Below are positions 14,954 to 25,960 of a DNA stretch of 64,000 nt, piece after piece (position 1 is the first letter of the stretch; each line of letters begins with the position of its first letter). Position numbers and translations under genes: made by a program. The notes beneath the pieces are model-generated. The model ran no database searches, was not told the origin of the DNA, and saw only the letters and a list, made by a program, of their open reading frames with translations. Source of the stretch: Chlorokybus atmophyticus (taxonomy: Eukaryota > Plantae > Mesostigma and Chlorokybus algae); assembly GCA_009103225.1 (NCBI GenBank), contig RHPI01002402.1:715412-779411 (forward strand), given 5' to 3'.

Positions 14954-15819
14954 ATGCTCTAGCCTACTGTATACCTGTGTACCAAATACCCTAACACTGG
15001 CCATTACCAGTGGGTAATGTCATTGCTTAGATTGTCTTGCATAAACGCGCTTCTTTTGTGTGCCGCTCTGCTCAACTGCGTGTGCTGCACTCTGCTCAGC
15101 CTGGAATGATTTGTTCATTCGTTCTCGATGAGAAGTCATGAGATTGCGCAATATGGCAACTGCTCATTAGTCGGTGGACTTACCAACATTCACTGTTGTC
15201 CAAGGTGCCCTTTGTGTAGTGTCAGCAAAACCTGTAATGCCTGCTGCTGGGAGCTGCGCCAATCTTGTCCGCACACTGATTGATAGTGAGTAGCCACAGT
15301 CCATCAGCATCGATACTGGCTTTGTGTGAATGCTTCGTGGTGTGCCAGCCAACTGCGTTTCTGCAATAACTGCTATGCAATCAAACTGCTGAGTATGCTT
15401 GGATATGGTCACAAAGACCACTCGCAAGCACCCTAATTCTTGGTTGCAATCCCGCACGCCACAGTTGTGCATACTTGATGACCTTTCCACGCAAGACGCT
15501 TGCAGATTTCTCTCTTAACAGGTTGCACTGGTGCAGTGTATGGCCTGACTCCTGCAGAGTGTAAGTCGCACACATCGCACAAACCACTGGACTTTGCAAT
15601 ATATGTGCTAACGCCGTCCTGAGGCATGGAAGGACGTGCAGGGCAGATACAGATACGGCGGGTGCAGCGTACAGTCTACTCTCCTTAGAAGTATACACTT
15701 GGTCCTTGGAAAACATGTACTTATAGGGCAGATATGTTTACGTGTATATAAATATCAAATATCTACAATCGGAGCAATTGCATAATGTGCCGCATCGTTC
15801 TTTGTAAGCATAGGTACCG

Positions 15820-15940
15820 CGCAGCGTCACGCAGCGTGACGCTGCGGCGTCGCGCAACTGCGTCACATAGTGACTCCGTGACGCTGCCGCGTTGCGTAAC
15901 AGCGTCACGCAGTGACTTTGTGACGCTGCTGCTCGACGTG
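15820..15940. repeat. Cluster of GCGTCAC/GTGACGC heptamers including a 13-bp perfect palindrome
   Basis: CGCAGCGTCACGC-A-GCGTGACGCTGCG at 15820-15846; at least six heptamer copies in both orientations. Confidence 0.7.
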
Positions 15941-17085
15941 ACCGTCCTTGTAAGTATACTCTCTGCTAAACCTGCGGAATTTCTTGAAAAGTAAGTATTA
16001 CTTACAATCAACGGTATTTGCTAGGTAACTCACCCTGTTCCCTGTTATTTTATGTTATAAGGCATTTATAGTTACAATGACGATACTTATAGCCCGAGTA
16101 GACTGTATGCGCTCACCTCAAAAACATCCTGACCCGCTACCATAAGTGCGGCAATCTGCACTGCGCAGAAAGGCTAATACGCGTAGCGGTTGTGGCATCG
16201 GGTTTGCAAGGCAGGTACAACGGTGCTTTATGCAGGAGTGGCATCCTAGAAGGGCCGTTCAAATGTGCATACACATGACTGTCAATCACTCAGAAGGTTT
16301 ACAATCAGAATGTCAACAAGTAGTCGTATGCAATCAGTCCAGAGTGGAAGCGTCTGTATGCATGGCTAGCTTCTTGTGACATGGAATCGTGGAACACACT
16401 GATGTGCAAGTGAGATTGCCATGCATGCACAACTGACAGGGGCGCAGTAGTGGCAGTTGTAGGGTTGCGAGTAGTGAGCAGACAGCATGCAACAGCAAGC
16501 GTGGCGTAGCGCGATGGACGAGTTGGTGAGTTGTTATTGTGGTTATTTTACTGCATGCTCACCCATCATTGCATGTGCTCAAACTGCCTTTGATCTGTTG
16601 TACACTGGCCACAGCAGTGGACCATCGCAGCATGATGCACATAGTTGTAGTGCAATGCCAGATGTCACAACGAGCTCACGAGAACATGAGTTGTTGTCTC
16701 CTTTGAACAGCACCTTGTCATCTCTTGTTACTGCCACTGTGCATTACGCGCACACAAGCCACAAGCTCAGGTATCCCGAGCCATATTTAAGCCGCCCAGC
16801 AGCACATACGCAGGCGCTCAGAGCATACCTCAACGACCGCACCTCTCTAGCTCATTACCCATCATCCCACATTGGCAAACCCCCTGCACTCAATCCAAGA
16901 GTGTAAGTGAGTCTGAGTCCCTCAGCACAGCTGTATGCTCCCCCTGCTCCTGCTCCTCCTCCTCCTCCTCCTCTTCCTCGTATGTATGACGCCACACGTT
17001 ACGACAGCCCTGCCGCCGCCGCCGCCAACAGCTACGTGTATACGCTCTGCTAGTGTCTCCGTGCGTGTGTCTGGAGGGGTGCAGC

Positions 17086-20000
17086 ATGGCGGCGGAGGCG
17101 GCGGCGGAGGCGAGGCCCGCGCCGGCGGACGGCGCTGCGGCGGGGACGCAGGAGGATGCCGTCGCCGCGGGGGCGGCTGAGGGTTTCCCGTGGCCGCCGA
17201 CGGAGGCCCTGCGCGCCCGCCTTGTGGAGCGCATGACGGACAGCCTGCAGGCGCTGTCCTTCTTCTCCGCTAAGGTGAGCCACAGCTGGCTTGTTCTGTT
17301 GACTGACAGCGGCGGACTTGGTGTAGTTGGCTTGAGTGTGGTTGTTATAGTAGTGCAGTGTTGTATGGACCCGTGTCGCAGTCTGTGCGGCAATGCAGAA
17401 GTTGAGACAGCTTGCTTGCTTGCTCACTCAGCTCTTTGGCTGGATTGGGTCGGGAGGTAACGGAGTCATCAGCAGACCATCAAGAGTCGCACAAGCTGCT
17501 TGTGCAACTGACAGTGCCGGCTTCAGAGCTGCGTGCATTTTGCTTTGTTCAATGTTGTTTTAGCTTTCAACCAAAATGATGACAGGCTGAGCCCACCGTA
17601 CGTATACATTTTGCTATGAGAAAACATTGTCGCAGTTGTTGTCGTGCATTAGTCAGTGTTCACTAAGTAGCGACTACACAGAGCAAACCTCTGGACGACG
17701 AAGCTGCCGCCACGGCCGCAGTCGTCATTGAGAAGGAAGCTTATGTAAAGACCATTGCAGACAGCATTGATGGCACGGAAGCTGTGCGCGCATATGCTGC
17801 CACGGCTTCCAGCCTGGTCCTTGCTTCAATCAAAGAGAGACAAGAGGCCACCGGCTTCGCTGAACTCACTCCAGCTTCAGTATGTACCACACATCGGCAC
17901 CAATATTAGCATGTATCTACGTAGGCCTCTGCTCTGTTGTATGAAAATGACACCATGACAGCTAGACATATCTGGTGGTGCGCGAGAGTTCCTGACCAAA
18001 GAGCGAGCTGAAGAGTTACTTGCGCCATTGCTGGCTTCAGACAGCAAGATCACAAAGGTGAGCATTGTGGCAATGTAGCTAAACCCATCGGCTGCTATCT
18101 GTGTTTTACTTTGTGTGTGTCAATGAGGCAGGTGAAGCTGAGCGGCAAGAGTTTTGGCAGAGATGCATCTGCCATCGCTGGAAAGGCGCTCTCGGCTGCA
18201 CAGGGGCAGTTGATGGATGTGGACTTGAGCGATATCATCGCGGGAAGGCCGGTAAGACGTTGTTCGCGGTAGCAGCCATTACATAGTGAAGCGCTCAATG
18301 CGATCTACTAACGGATTATTGCTTGTGCCGTGGTGGCTTGGTGGTCCCCTGCATTGTGCGCACAATGCTATGCAACCAACAGTCATTGTTGAGGCTTGCA
18401 ACTCACTGTTGTTACCGAGGATTATGTGCTATAGCGGTGATGAGATAGATAGACAGATGGCTATAAGAGGTTTTGCTATACATAACCTGCAGCCATCAAG
18501 TGTTCTGATCAGCAAATGTACCATTGCATGCCATATTCGTCAATGCTGGAGGTGCTGACCAACATGACTGGGCGCCATACATGCAGGAGGAGGAAGCACT
18601 AGCTTCCCTGCGCACGATATGCGAGGGTCTTCGTGGCAGCCAGCTGGCAGCACTTGACCTAAGTGATAACGCACTTGGAGAGAAGGGCGTGCGCGCGTGC
18701 CAGGCCGCCATTGAGGGTCAGGTCATGACATGATGGAGTGCAGCGTGATTGTAGTGTAACATTGCCATGTTGCACTTGTAGCTGGAGCGTTTATACACTA
18801 TAGACCTAACAACTGCTACTGAAGGGGCTTGCTTCATGATGCGCAGACTGCCTTGCAAAGCCTCAGCTTCTGCAACAATGGCATCTCAGAGGAGGCGGCC
18901 GCGGCCATTGCAGAACTTGTTTCGTGTTCAACATTGAAGAAGCTGCATTTCTACAACAACATGAGTGGTATGATCATCTAAGTCATTTCCAGCTCGGTCG
19001 GGTCTATCGCTCGATGGCCATGCCTAATTTCTGTTTCCGCAGGCGATGCAGGTGCCAGGCATGTAGCAAACGTGGTGACAAAAGCACGGAACTTGGTGGA
19101 TTTTCAAATGGCGTGCTCACGTGTTGGAGGAGAAGGGGGTGCTGCGTTGGCGGAAGCGTTGGCTGGAGGTTGCTCTTGTGCTTGCGTGTTGGTTTAGCAC
19201 ACGCAACTTCACGCACATATGGATTGATATGCCGTGGATTCAGATGGCAAGCTGCAGCGGTTGGACTTGCATGACAACATCATAGGCGAGGAAGGGGGCC
19301 TTGCGCTGGCCAAGATGCTGTCCAGTCAACAGCAGCTTCGAGTGCTCAATCTGAGTGAGATAGGTCCGTTGTTGAAGATTTACTCCTGGCAATCATCAAA
19401 CAGCTTTTGGCTCAGCCGCCTTGCTGATGCGGATGCTAGGTGACACAGTGATGTTGCGTGTCACAGGTCTTGGAGATGCAGCTACAGCAGCGATTGCCAA
19501 AGCCCTTTCTTCCGCCGCACCCTTGCTTGAGGTGTGATACTTAATGCTGCCTGTTCAGTTGAGCGCTTATACCTGCTCAATGCACTGGTGCTGAGTGTGC
19601 AATATATGGACTGGTGTCATTCATGATGCTGAGCATGCGATGCTTTGCAACTGGCTCTTCTCCTTTCATATTGTTGTATGTGTTCAAGCCATCTGCATGT
19701 CAAGCCTTCTTGCTGCTGTCAGGTACTGGAGCTGGCATGTGATGAGATCACTGCTGATGCTGCACCCGCACTGGCTGCGTGCTTGCGCGCAAAGTCACAG
19801 TTGCGACGTCTGGTGCTATCTGAGAACGAGCTTGGGGACAAGGGGGCCGTCCACATTGCGTCCGCACTGTCCAGCAGTCACAGGTGAGCAGAGAACCAAG
19901 AGTTTGGTCGGGGGAATAAACTTGCATTGTTACTTGCTGCTCCTTGCGCGCAGAACTTCTGCAGCCTGTCTGGGTGACCTTCATGTTGTGAGCATTTTAC

Positions 20001-20448
20001 AAGGCCTAATACACAAAATGCTGCTGTCGGGCCGTGTAGCTTGCCTGCATGTCATTCACGTCTGAGGTAGAAAGGGAATGGCTCAAAAGCGAAGGTGTAA
20101 CGTGTTGTCTGCTGTACCTCTGTGTCTTGCAGTGAGCTGGAGGAGGTGCGCATGAACCAGAATGAGATCTGCCGTGTCGGTGCTGTTGCGTTGGCCAAAG
20201 CCGTGGCAGGCAAGCCCAAATTGAGTTTGCTGGACATCAACTCCAACAAGGTATCTGAAGCGGGTGTTGAAGCGGTGAAGGCCGCGTTCCACGCAGCTGG
20301 GCAGACGGCGTGCCTGGGGCCATTGGACGAGAATGAGGAAGATGAAGAAGAGGAGGAAGAAGGAGAGGAGGAAGTGGAGGAGCAAGACGAAGAAACTGAA
20401 AAGGAAGATGACGAACTCGCTGCACAGATGTCACACATTCACATGTGA
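17086..20448 (+). CDS. RanGAP: Ran GTPase-activating protein, plant type (WPP domain + LRR + acidic tail)
   Basis: FPWPPTEALRARLVERMTDSL (WPP); LRRs LSGKSFG, LSDIIAGRP, LDLSDNALGEKGVRAC, LHFYNNMSG, LDLHDNIIGEEG; acidic tail ENEEDEEEEEEGEEE. Confidence 0.93.
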
Positions 20449-20953
20449 CACTTGACAGAGCTTTTGATACCTCCTTATGCATCTGCTTGGCATGGTTGTC
20501 AACCATTAGGTGTCTGAACATGGGACTACCTTGTGTGACATTATGGATGATACTGTCATGGCTGCAGTGCAGGTAACTGCAGTCGCCCTCGTGTGTGCTA
20601 ATGCTCGCTATTAGGGGAAAGAACTTTCCAGTTGCATGCAATGTCCGAGCACAAAACCTGGAGTGATGGCTGTGTGCCCTCGGTATAACCCATCTTGCCA
20701 TGCTAGGACCCGCATGCAAACGTTGTCTGTCCGGAGTGCAAGCCGTGCGCAGGGTGCCAAAAAGTGACACAGTTCAGTCCAGTGCTTGCGGACAGACTGA
20801 ATGGCCATGGTGGTGCAAAGTGCCACAGCTTGGTAGACTGGCAAGCAGTCCGCCAAGAGTGTGCATTGGTGCGCCTGCAAACCAGGCTAAAGCACAACTT
20901 CACAACAAACTACGTCTACAGCTCTGTGTGAACTAGGGATGCAAGCTAGTGTT

Positions 20954-23900
20954 TTACAGTTCAGACATCTGCGCAAACTGCCCTTTGCTACCTCCGCCGC
21001 TTCGTTTTCTGCGCCACCAGATGAAGCCCACGATGGCAGCCACCACAACCACCACGGGAATGATGACAGCGGCAGCCACGGCGCCACCTGAGATGCCACC
21101 ATCATCCTTGCCTTCACTGTCAGCCGCATCAGCCCCATCACAAGACGGAGGGGAGTCACTGCACTGAAGCGCTAGGTAGGAAGCAGTCGGCGTGCTTGCA
21201 CAGCTGCGCACGAAAACATGAGATGCATGGTCTATCTGTTGTGGCCCAGTCGCGGTTTTTTTTCCGTAAGGGAGTTGCGCGTACCTGAAAAAGTTGCCAG
21301 CAAGACTGACCGTCACTGGCCCACCCTGAGCCGTTGTTGTTTGAGCCAGTGTAGAATTGCTGGCCAGCCACGTCGGCAGGTCTCCACTCAGCTTGTTGTT
21401 AGACAAATTGAGAACATTCGGGATCTGCAGGGTGGCGTCAATTCCGGACCACAGAAACAGGTACTCTGCACGCAAGCACTCGTCAGTTTCAGGCCAATCC
21501 TTGAGCTGCAAGTCTTAAGTGTTTGTTGCATGGATAACGACACCAAAGTCGAGTACTTACGCCAATCATCGGGAATTGGACCACAGAACTGGTTATCACT
21601 CAAGTCCAGGTCGAGTAGCACGCTGCAAAAGCACGAGCGACATCATGGACAAGGGTCTTGCAATGGTATCTGCAGAACTTGCAAGTCCACCAACGTGCTT
21701 ACGAGTTGCCGGCAGCACCCCCGAGGGCTGGTAGTGAACCAGAGAGCCCATTCGAGGCTAGTGAGAGGGCAAGCAAGGAGGGCAACTGAATCACAGGAGA
21801 TGGCAAACCGCCAGAAAGCTGGTTGTAGGAGATGTTCAGTTGTCGTAGTGTAGATGTCCAATCCCCTGAGTCTGAAGGTAGCTCGCCGCTCAAAGAATTA
21901 TCCCCAAGCCTGCAAACAGGAGATGCTCATACTGTACTGTGAACACGCAGCAACGCCCTGCAGCATTACCAGAGTCTGCCGATATTCAACATACCCTAAG
22001 TATTGTAGCTGTGGCAGTGCTGTGATGGCGTGAGGAATAGAGCCAGTCAACTGGCAGCTCGACATGTTCAGCACAGTCAAAGTTGTGACATCCCCCAGAG
22101 CATCATTGATGGTTGACCCCAAGGGGTTGTTGCTGATGTCCAGCACTGACAGCTGAGCCGATGAAGGGTTGGGAATCGTTGGCACCTCCCCGGTGAAGCT
22201 GACCACATTCACATTCAGTCACAAACATGAAGTAACTTAAGCACCATGCATGACCAAGCTCCGGTTGTCGGTGCAAACTTCACAACCAATAGGTCGTAGC
22301 ACAGAAAACGAACAGGGCGCTTTAAGCTGCTGCAACCTACCACATCAGGAACATACCTGTTGTGGCTCAAGTGCAGCTGCTGTAACCTGGGGATTTCGAA
22401 GAGGCACGATGGCAACGGGCCATCATACTGCAGGACAGACAAGTGCAGTGAGGCACATGGGAGAGTACTACAACAGCAGGCGGAATGCAACAGTCCCCGC
22501 GGGCAGGAGCCAGCGATGGCGCGACAGACAGCACTGCACACCTGGTTGTAGCTCAAGTCCAGGTAAAGTAGTGTTGACGAGGTCAGCGTGCAGTCAATTT
22601 GATCGGCCATCGCATTGTTACTCAGGTCTAACAGCTGTAGACATAAGAACCAATCAGTCATTGCCGTGATGAGTGAACAGTGGTGACAAATCCCAACCCA
22701 TCAATATGTCTGCCAATTCTACTACCCCAATAAGTAGCAATTACTGCCAGACACCCCCAGACGAGTTCATAGCATTAAAATTAGCTACAACACAGTAACA
22801 TGCACAGTGCGAACCCTTGGCAATATGATCTGACAACCAGCATTCAAATGGTTGTTTACGAAAGGCAATCTTGTAGCACACTGGCATGTGCCAATCGTTC
22901 TTTCACAGGCATGCACTCAAACAGAAGTACCTGCAGAGACTGGAGTGACACAAAGGTTTCAGCGGTGTATGGTGTGATGGCGCCAGTGATCTGGTTGTCA
23001 GCCAGCAGCACGCTCTGCAACTGACCCATGATTCGCAAATACTGATACGGAAAGTCGCAAGAAAGACCCTCGCCTGTCAGATTCCTGGTCAAGGTACCAC
23101 AAAACTCAGTTACATGCTGGCAGACACGATTAGCGACAAACACGAGCTTACAGCAGACATACAGGCGTTGCAGGCGCCCTTCTTCAGAACAATAAGATGA
23201 GCGATAGCAGACATTGGAAGCAGCTTCAGTTCCATTGACAGTTTCTCTCCAGTTGGGGCAAGAACCAGGGGCGCTGCAGCATGCAGCAAAAATACTCTGG
23301 ATCGCCGTCTCCTCGTTGGAAACAAGTGTCCTGTCCTGGGATGTTAAGTAGTACACCAGCTTGAATTGACACGATGACGACACTCCAATGACGGCCAGTT
23401 GGTAGTTTGCATTGCTGCCGAATTCAAAGTCCGGACTGTTGCGGCCAATAAATATCGTGTTGTTGGTTGCAAGGTTGACGTCTTGGTAGTTGTATACCGT
23501 AATTTGAGTGCTCTGAGCCTCTACGAGAGCCTGCGACCCAATCGCATGTTATCAACAGCCCATCCTCCAAGATCCGCCTTTCCCCCCAGCGGGAAGCAAA
23601 ACAGGAACAGAGAAGACTGGCAAAAGAAACTGAGGCCTGTCACCCTGCGGTTGACAGAACAAGCAAGGCCGACATGCATCTCATTACACTCTTACGTTGA
23701 AGTACAATGTTGACAACGAAGTGCATGAAAAAAGATTTAACACTGTACTTACGCAAACAGATTACATAGCAGCGGTAAACTGACTCAAGCCTGTGCAATG
23801 CGAGTTAACTGCTGCTGTTGACGCTCATTGCCCACAGGTAACATGCAGATGTAAGCATGCGCTGCCTGTAATGCAGCCAAAACCGCAAAACAAGCTACGG

Positions 23901-24572
23901 CATTGCAACGCAGTGTAACTGCATGCAACTTTACCACTGGAGTGCTATGCATCAACAACCAGCTGCCTGACTGCAATGAAGAAACACTGGTACAAGGACA
24001 TTGCCACGCATACAGGCAGCGATGGACAACGCAGCTAAAACTTCCCCATAGAAACGTTCCGTGTCCAACGCACAGTGCCTTGCAGCTGAGCACGGACGTG
24101 TCGTAATGCACAAGAACGGGCAGCTGTTGACTGGCGAGCATGCTGTGTGCTTGCATGTATGTCTCAGTTGAGGAGCTGTAGTTGTGCAAGAGGCACCCCA
24201 ACATGCATTGCCCGCTGAACACCACCTACCACTGAGGCTACCATCTCACAACAATACTTGAGCATATCACACATTGCTGTGCATGAGGGCTGGCAACATT
24301 CATGTACGCACGGAGGGAGTAGCGATGTACAGGTTGGCGTTGCCCGCCACCAGAATCAGCTGCACGGTGATGTCCACGTCAGGGTCCGGCACGTTGAAAA
24401 GAAACACAGCCTGCTGGCCGGCATTGATTGTGGCCAAATCGGTGGGGACGCCTGGCTGCGTGAGCACCACAGACTGGGCAGAAACTTCCTTGCAGACCCC
24501 GCCCAGCAAGAGGAGACCACACAACGCCGCCAGCAGCATGTACACCCCGGTCCTTCCGCCTCCCGCCGCCAT
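20954..24572 (-). CDS. LRR receptor-like type I membrane protein with no kinase domain
   Basis: Signal peptide YMLLAALCGLLLLGGVCKEVSA; beta-rich N-terminal domain; Cys-rich cap; many plant-type LRRs (LDLSNN, LNISYNQLSGGLP, LDLSDNQFCGPIP, LNLSNNKLSGDLP); TM GAVAAAVIIPVVVVVAAIVGFIWW followed by RRKR and a short tail. Confidence 0.85.
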
Positions 24573-25140
24573 TGCGCCACCCCGCCACGACGTCTGGTTG
24601 CCAGCTGGCGCAGCGTGTTATTTTTCAAGTGGCAGGTCACCAGCGGAGTCACACCGCGAGACAGCGTGCGCACGCTGCTAGCTGTGGATGATACCGCTGC
24701 TGGCACCTTTGGTATCATGATGATATTAAACAGGAATCCATTCGTCCACATACAATTTGTCCATCAAATGGGACATGTTTGTTACCGGGCCCTCCTTTAC
24801 ACACTTCCCCCACCCTTTTATTAAACAAGCATGATCTTGTGTAATGTATAGCAACGCCATAACTATCTAGTAGGGTGGGGGGGTTCAACCAATGGCTTTA
24901 ATGCCAATACATGCATCCATATATCAAAATTGTATTGAATTAATCTGCACGAAGCTATGATATATTTACAAATGCATGCTGTTTTTCAAATCAGCTCACT
25001 TGGGCAACACCTTAAACAATAATTCATGTTTATAATATAGCATACAACATATAAATTGCATCACAACGACATGCTATAAAAGCGTATCAATCTATAACAA
25101 TATATAATATGCATACAATGCTTAGCAATATCAAGGCAAG

Positions 25141-25652
25141 TGTAACAAGTGGGCTCCGACCACTATCTATGATAGCAAAAGTCGCTACCATGAATGAGGA
25201 CTGTCACAATTTATCCCAAAACGTGACATACGTCCCCAATCCAACCCACGGGTTCCTATTTATCCAGTAAAGCACTTACTAGCCCATGTCGCCATGGTCA
25301 CAACCGTACCACGACCGCTCCGCCCGCGGCCTTCGGATCTGGCCTACAAACGATTATAATCGACCAAACTGCAGCGGCCATCCTCACCGCGCAACCTGTC
25401 ATTGCGGTGCGACCGCTCACGCGGCCATAGGTCAAACTGGCTCGGTGCGCAGGGTGCGAACCTGCACCCAGCCTAGGGCAAGCCGCCCCAAATGTTTTTT
25501 GCCCATGGATGTGCCTCAGTCCCCTACGGGAATTGAACCTGAGACGTCAAGCTCCGTTACCATTGTAACAAGTGGGCTCTGACCACTAGGCTATGGTAGC
25601 AAAAGACGCTACTACGAGTGAGGTCTATCACAATCACACCCAAATCGTGGCA
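25141..25652 (-). mobile_element. Terminal-repeat retrotransposon in miniature (TRIM), non-autonomous
   Basis: Direct repeats of 88 and 89 bp at 25141-25228 and 25564-25652 (~15 differences by hand alignment), with TG...CA ends on the minus strand. PBS-like TGGTAACGGAGC lies 1 nt after the 5' LTR, a G-rich tract precedes the 3' LTR, and the flanks gcaag/gtaag form a 4/5 TSD. Confidence 0.8.
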
Positions 25653-25814
25653 GTAAGCTTACGTAGTTTAATACCGTAATTGATGCGTATCATAAAGCAT
25701 GTTCGAGAGTAGTAATTCAATTCAAAACAAGCTAGTATGGACATGTTTATGCGTAGTATTCTTGAGGTTCACTTACTAGATACACTATGGCTTGGTTACC
25801 AACATAAAGAAGTG

Positions 25815-25960
25815 GATATATATACACATATACATATAAATCACATATATCATATCATATCGTATGTATATGTCACATATGTATAGGTACATATATATAT
25901 ACATATAGTTAAATATATATAATTACACATTTACATCTATATTTGTATAATTTACACTTA
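25815..25960. repeat. AT-rich low-complexity (TA/CATA)n tract
   Basis: Runs such as atatatacacatatacatataaatcacatatatcatatc. Confidence 0.7.

Noticed and set aside
16487-16906. ORF MQQQAWRSAMDEL with a GTGAGT donor upstream of RanGAP
   Set aside because: No homology signal; splicing gives only a very short peptide. At most a UTR exon.
25500-25600. tRNA gene call for the box A/box B segment
   Set aside because: The D- and T-loop motifs are present, but the acceptor and anticodon stems do not pair, and the segment spans an LTR end and PBS.
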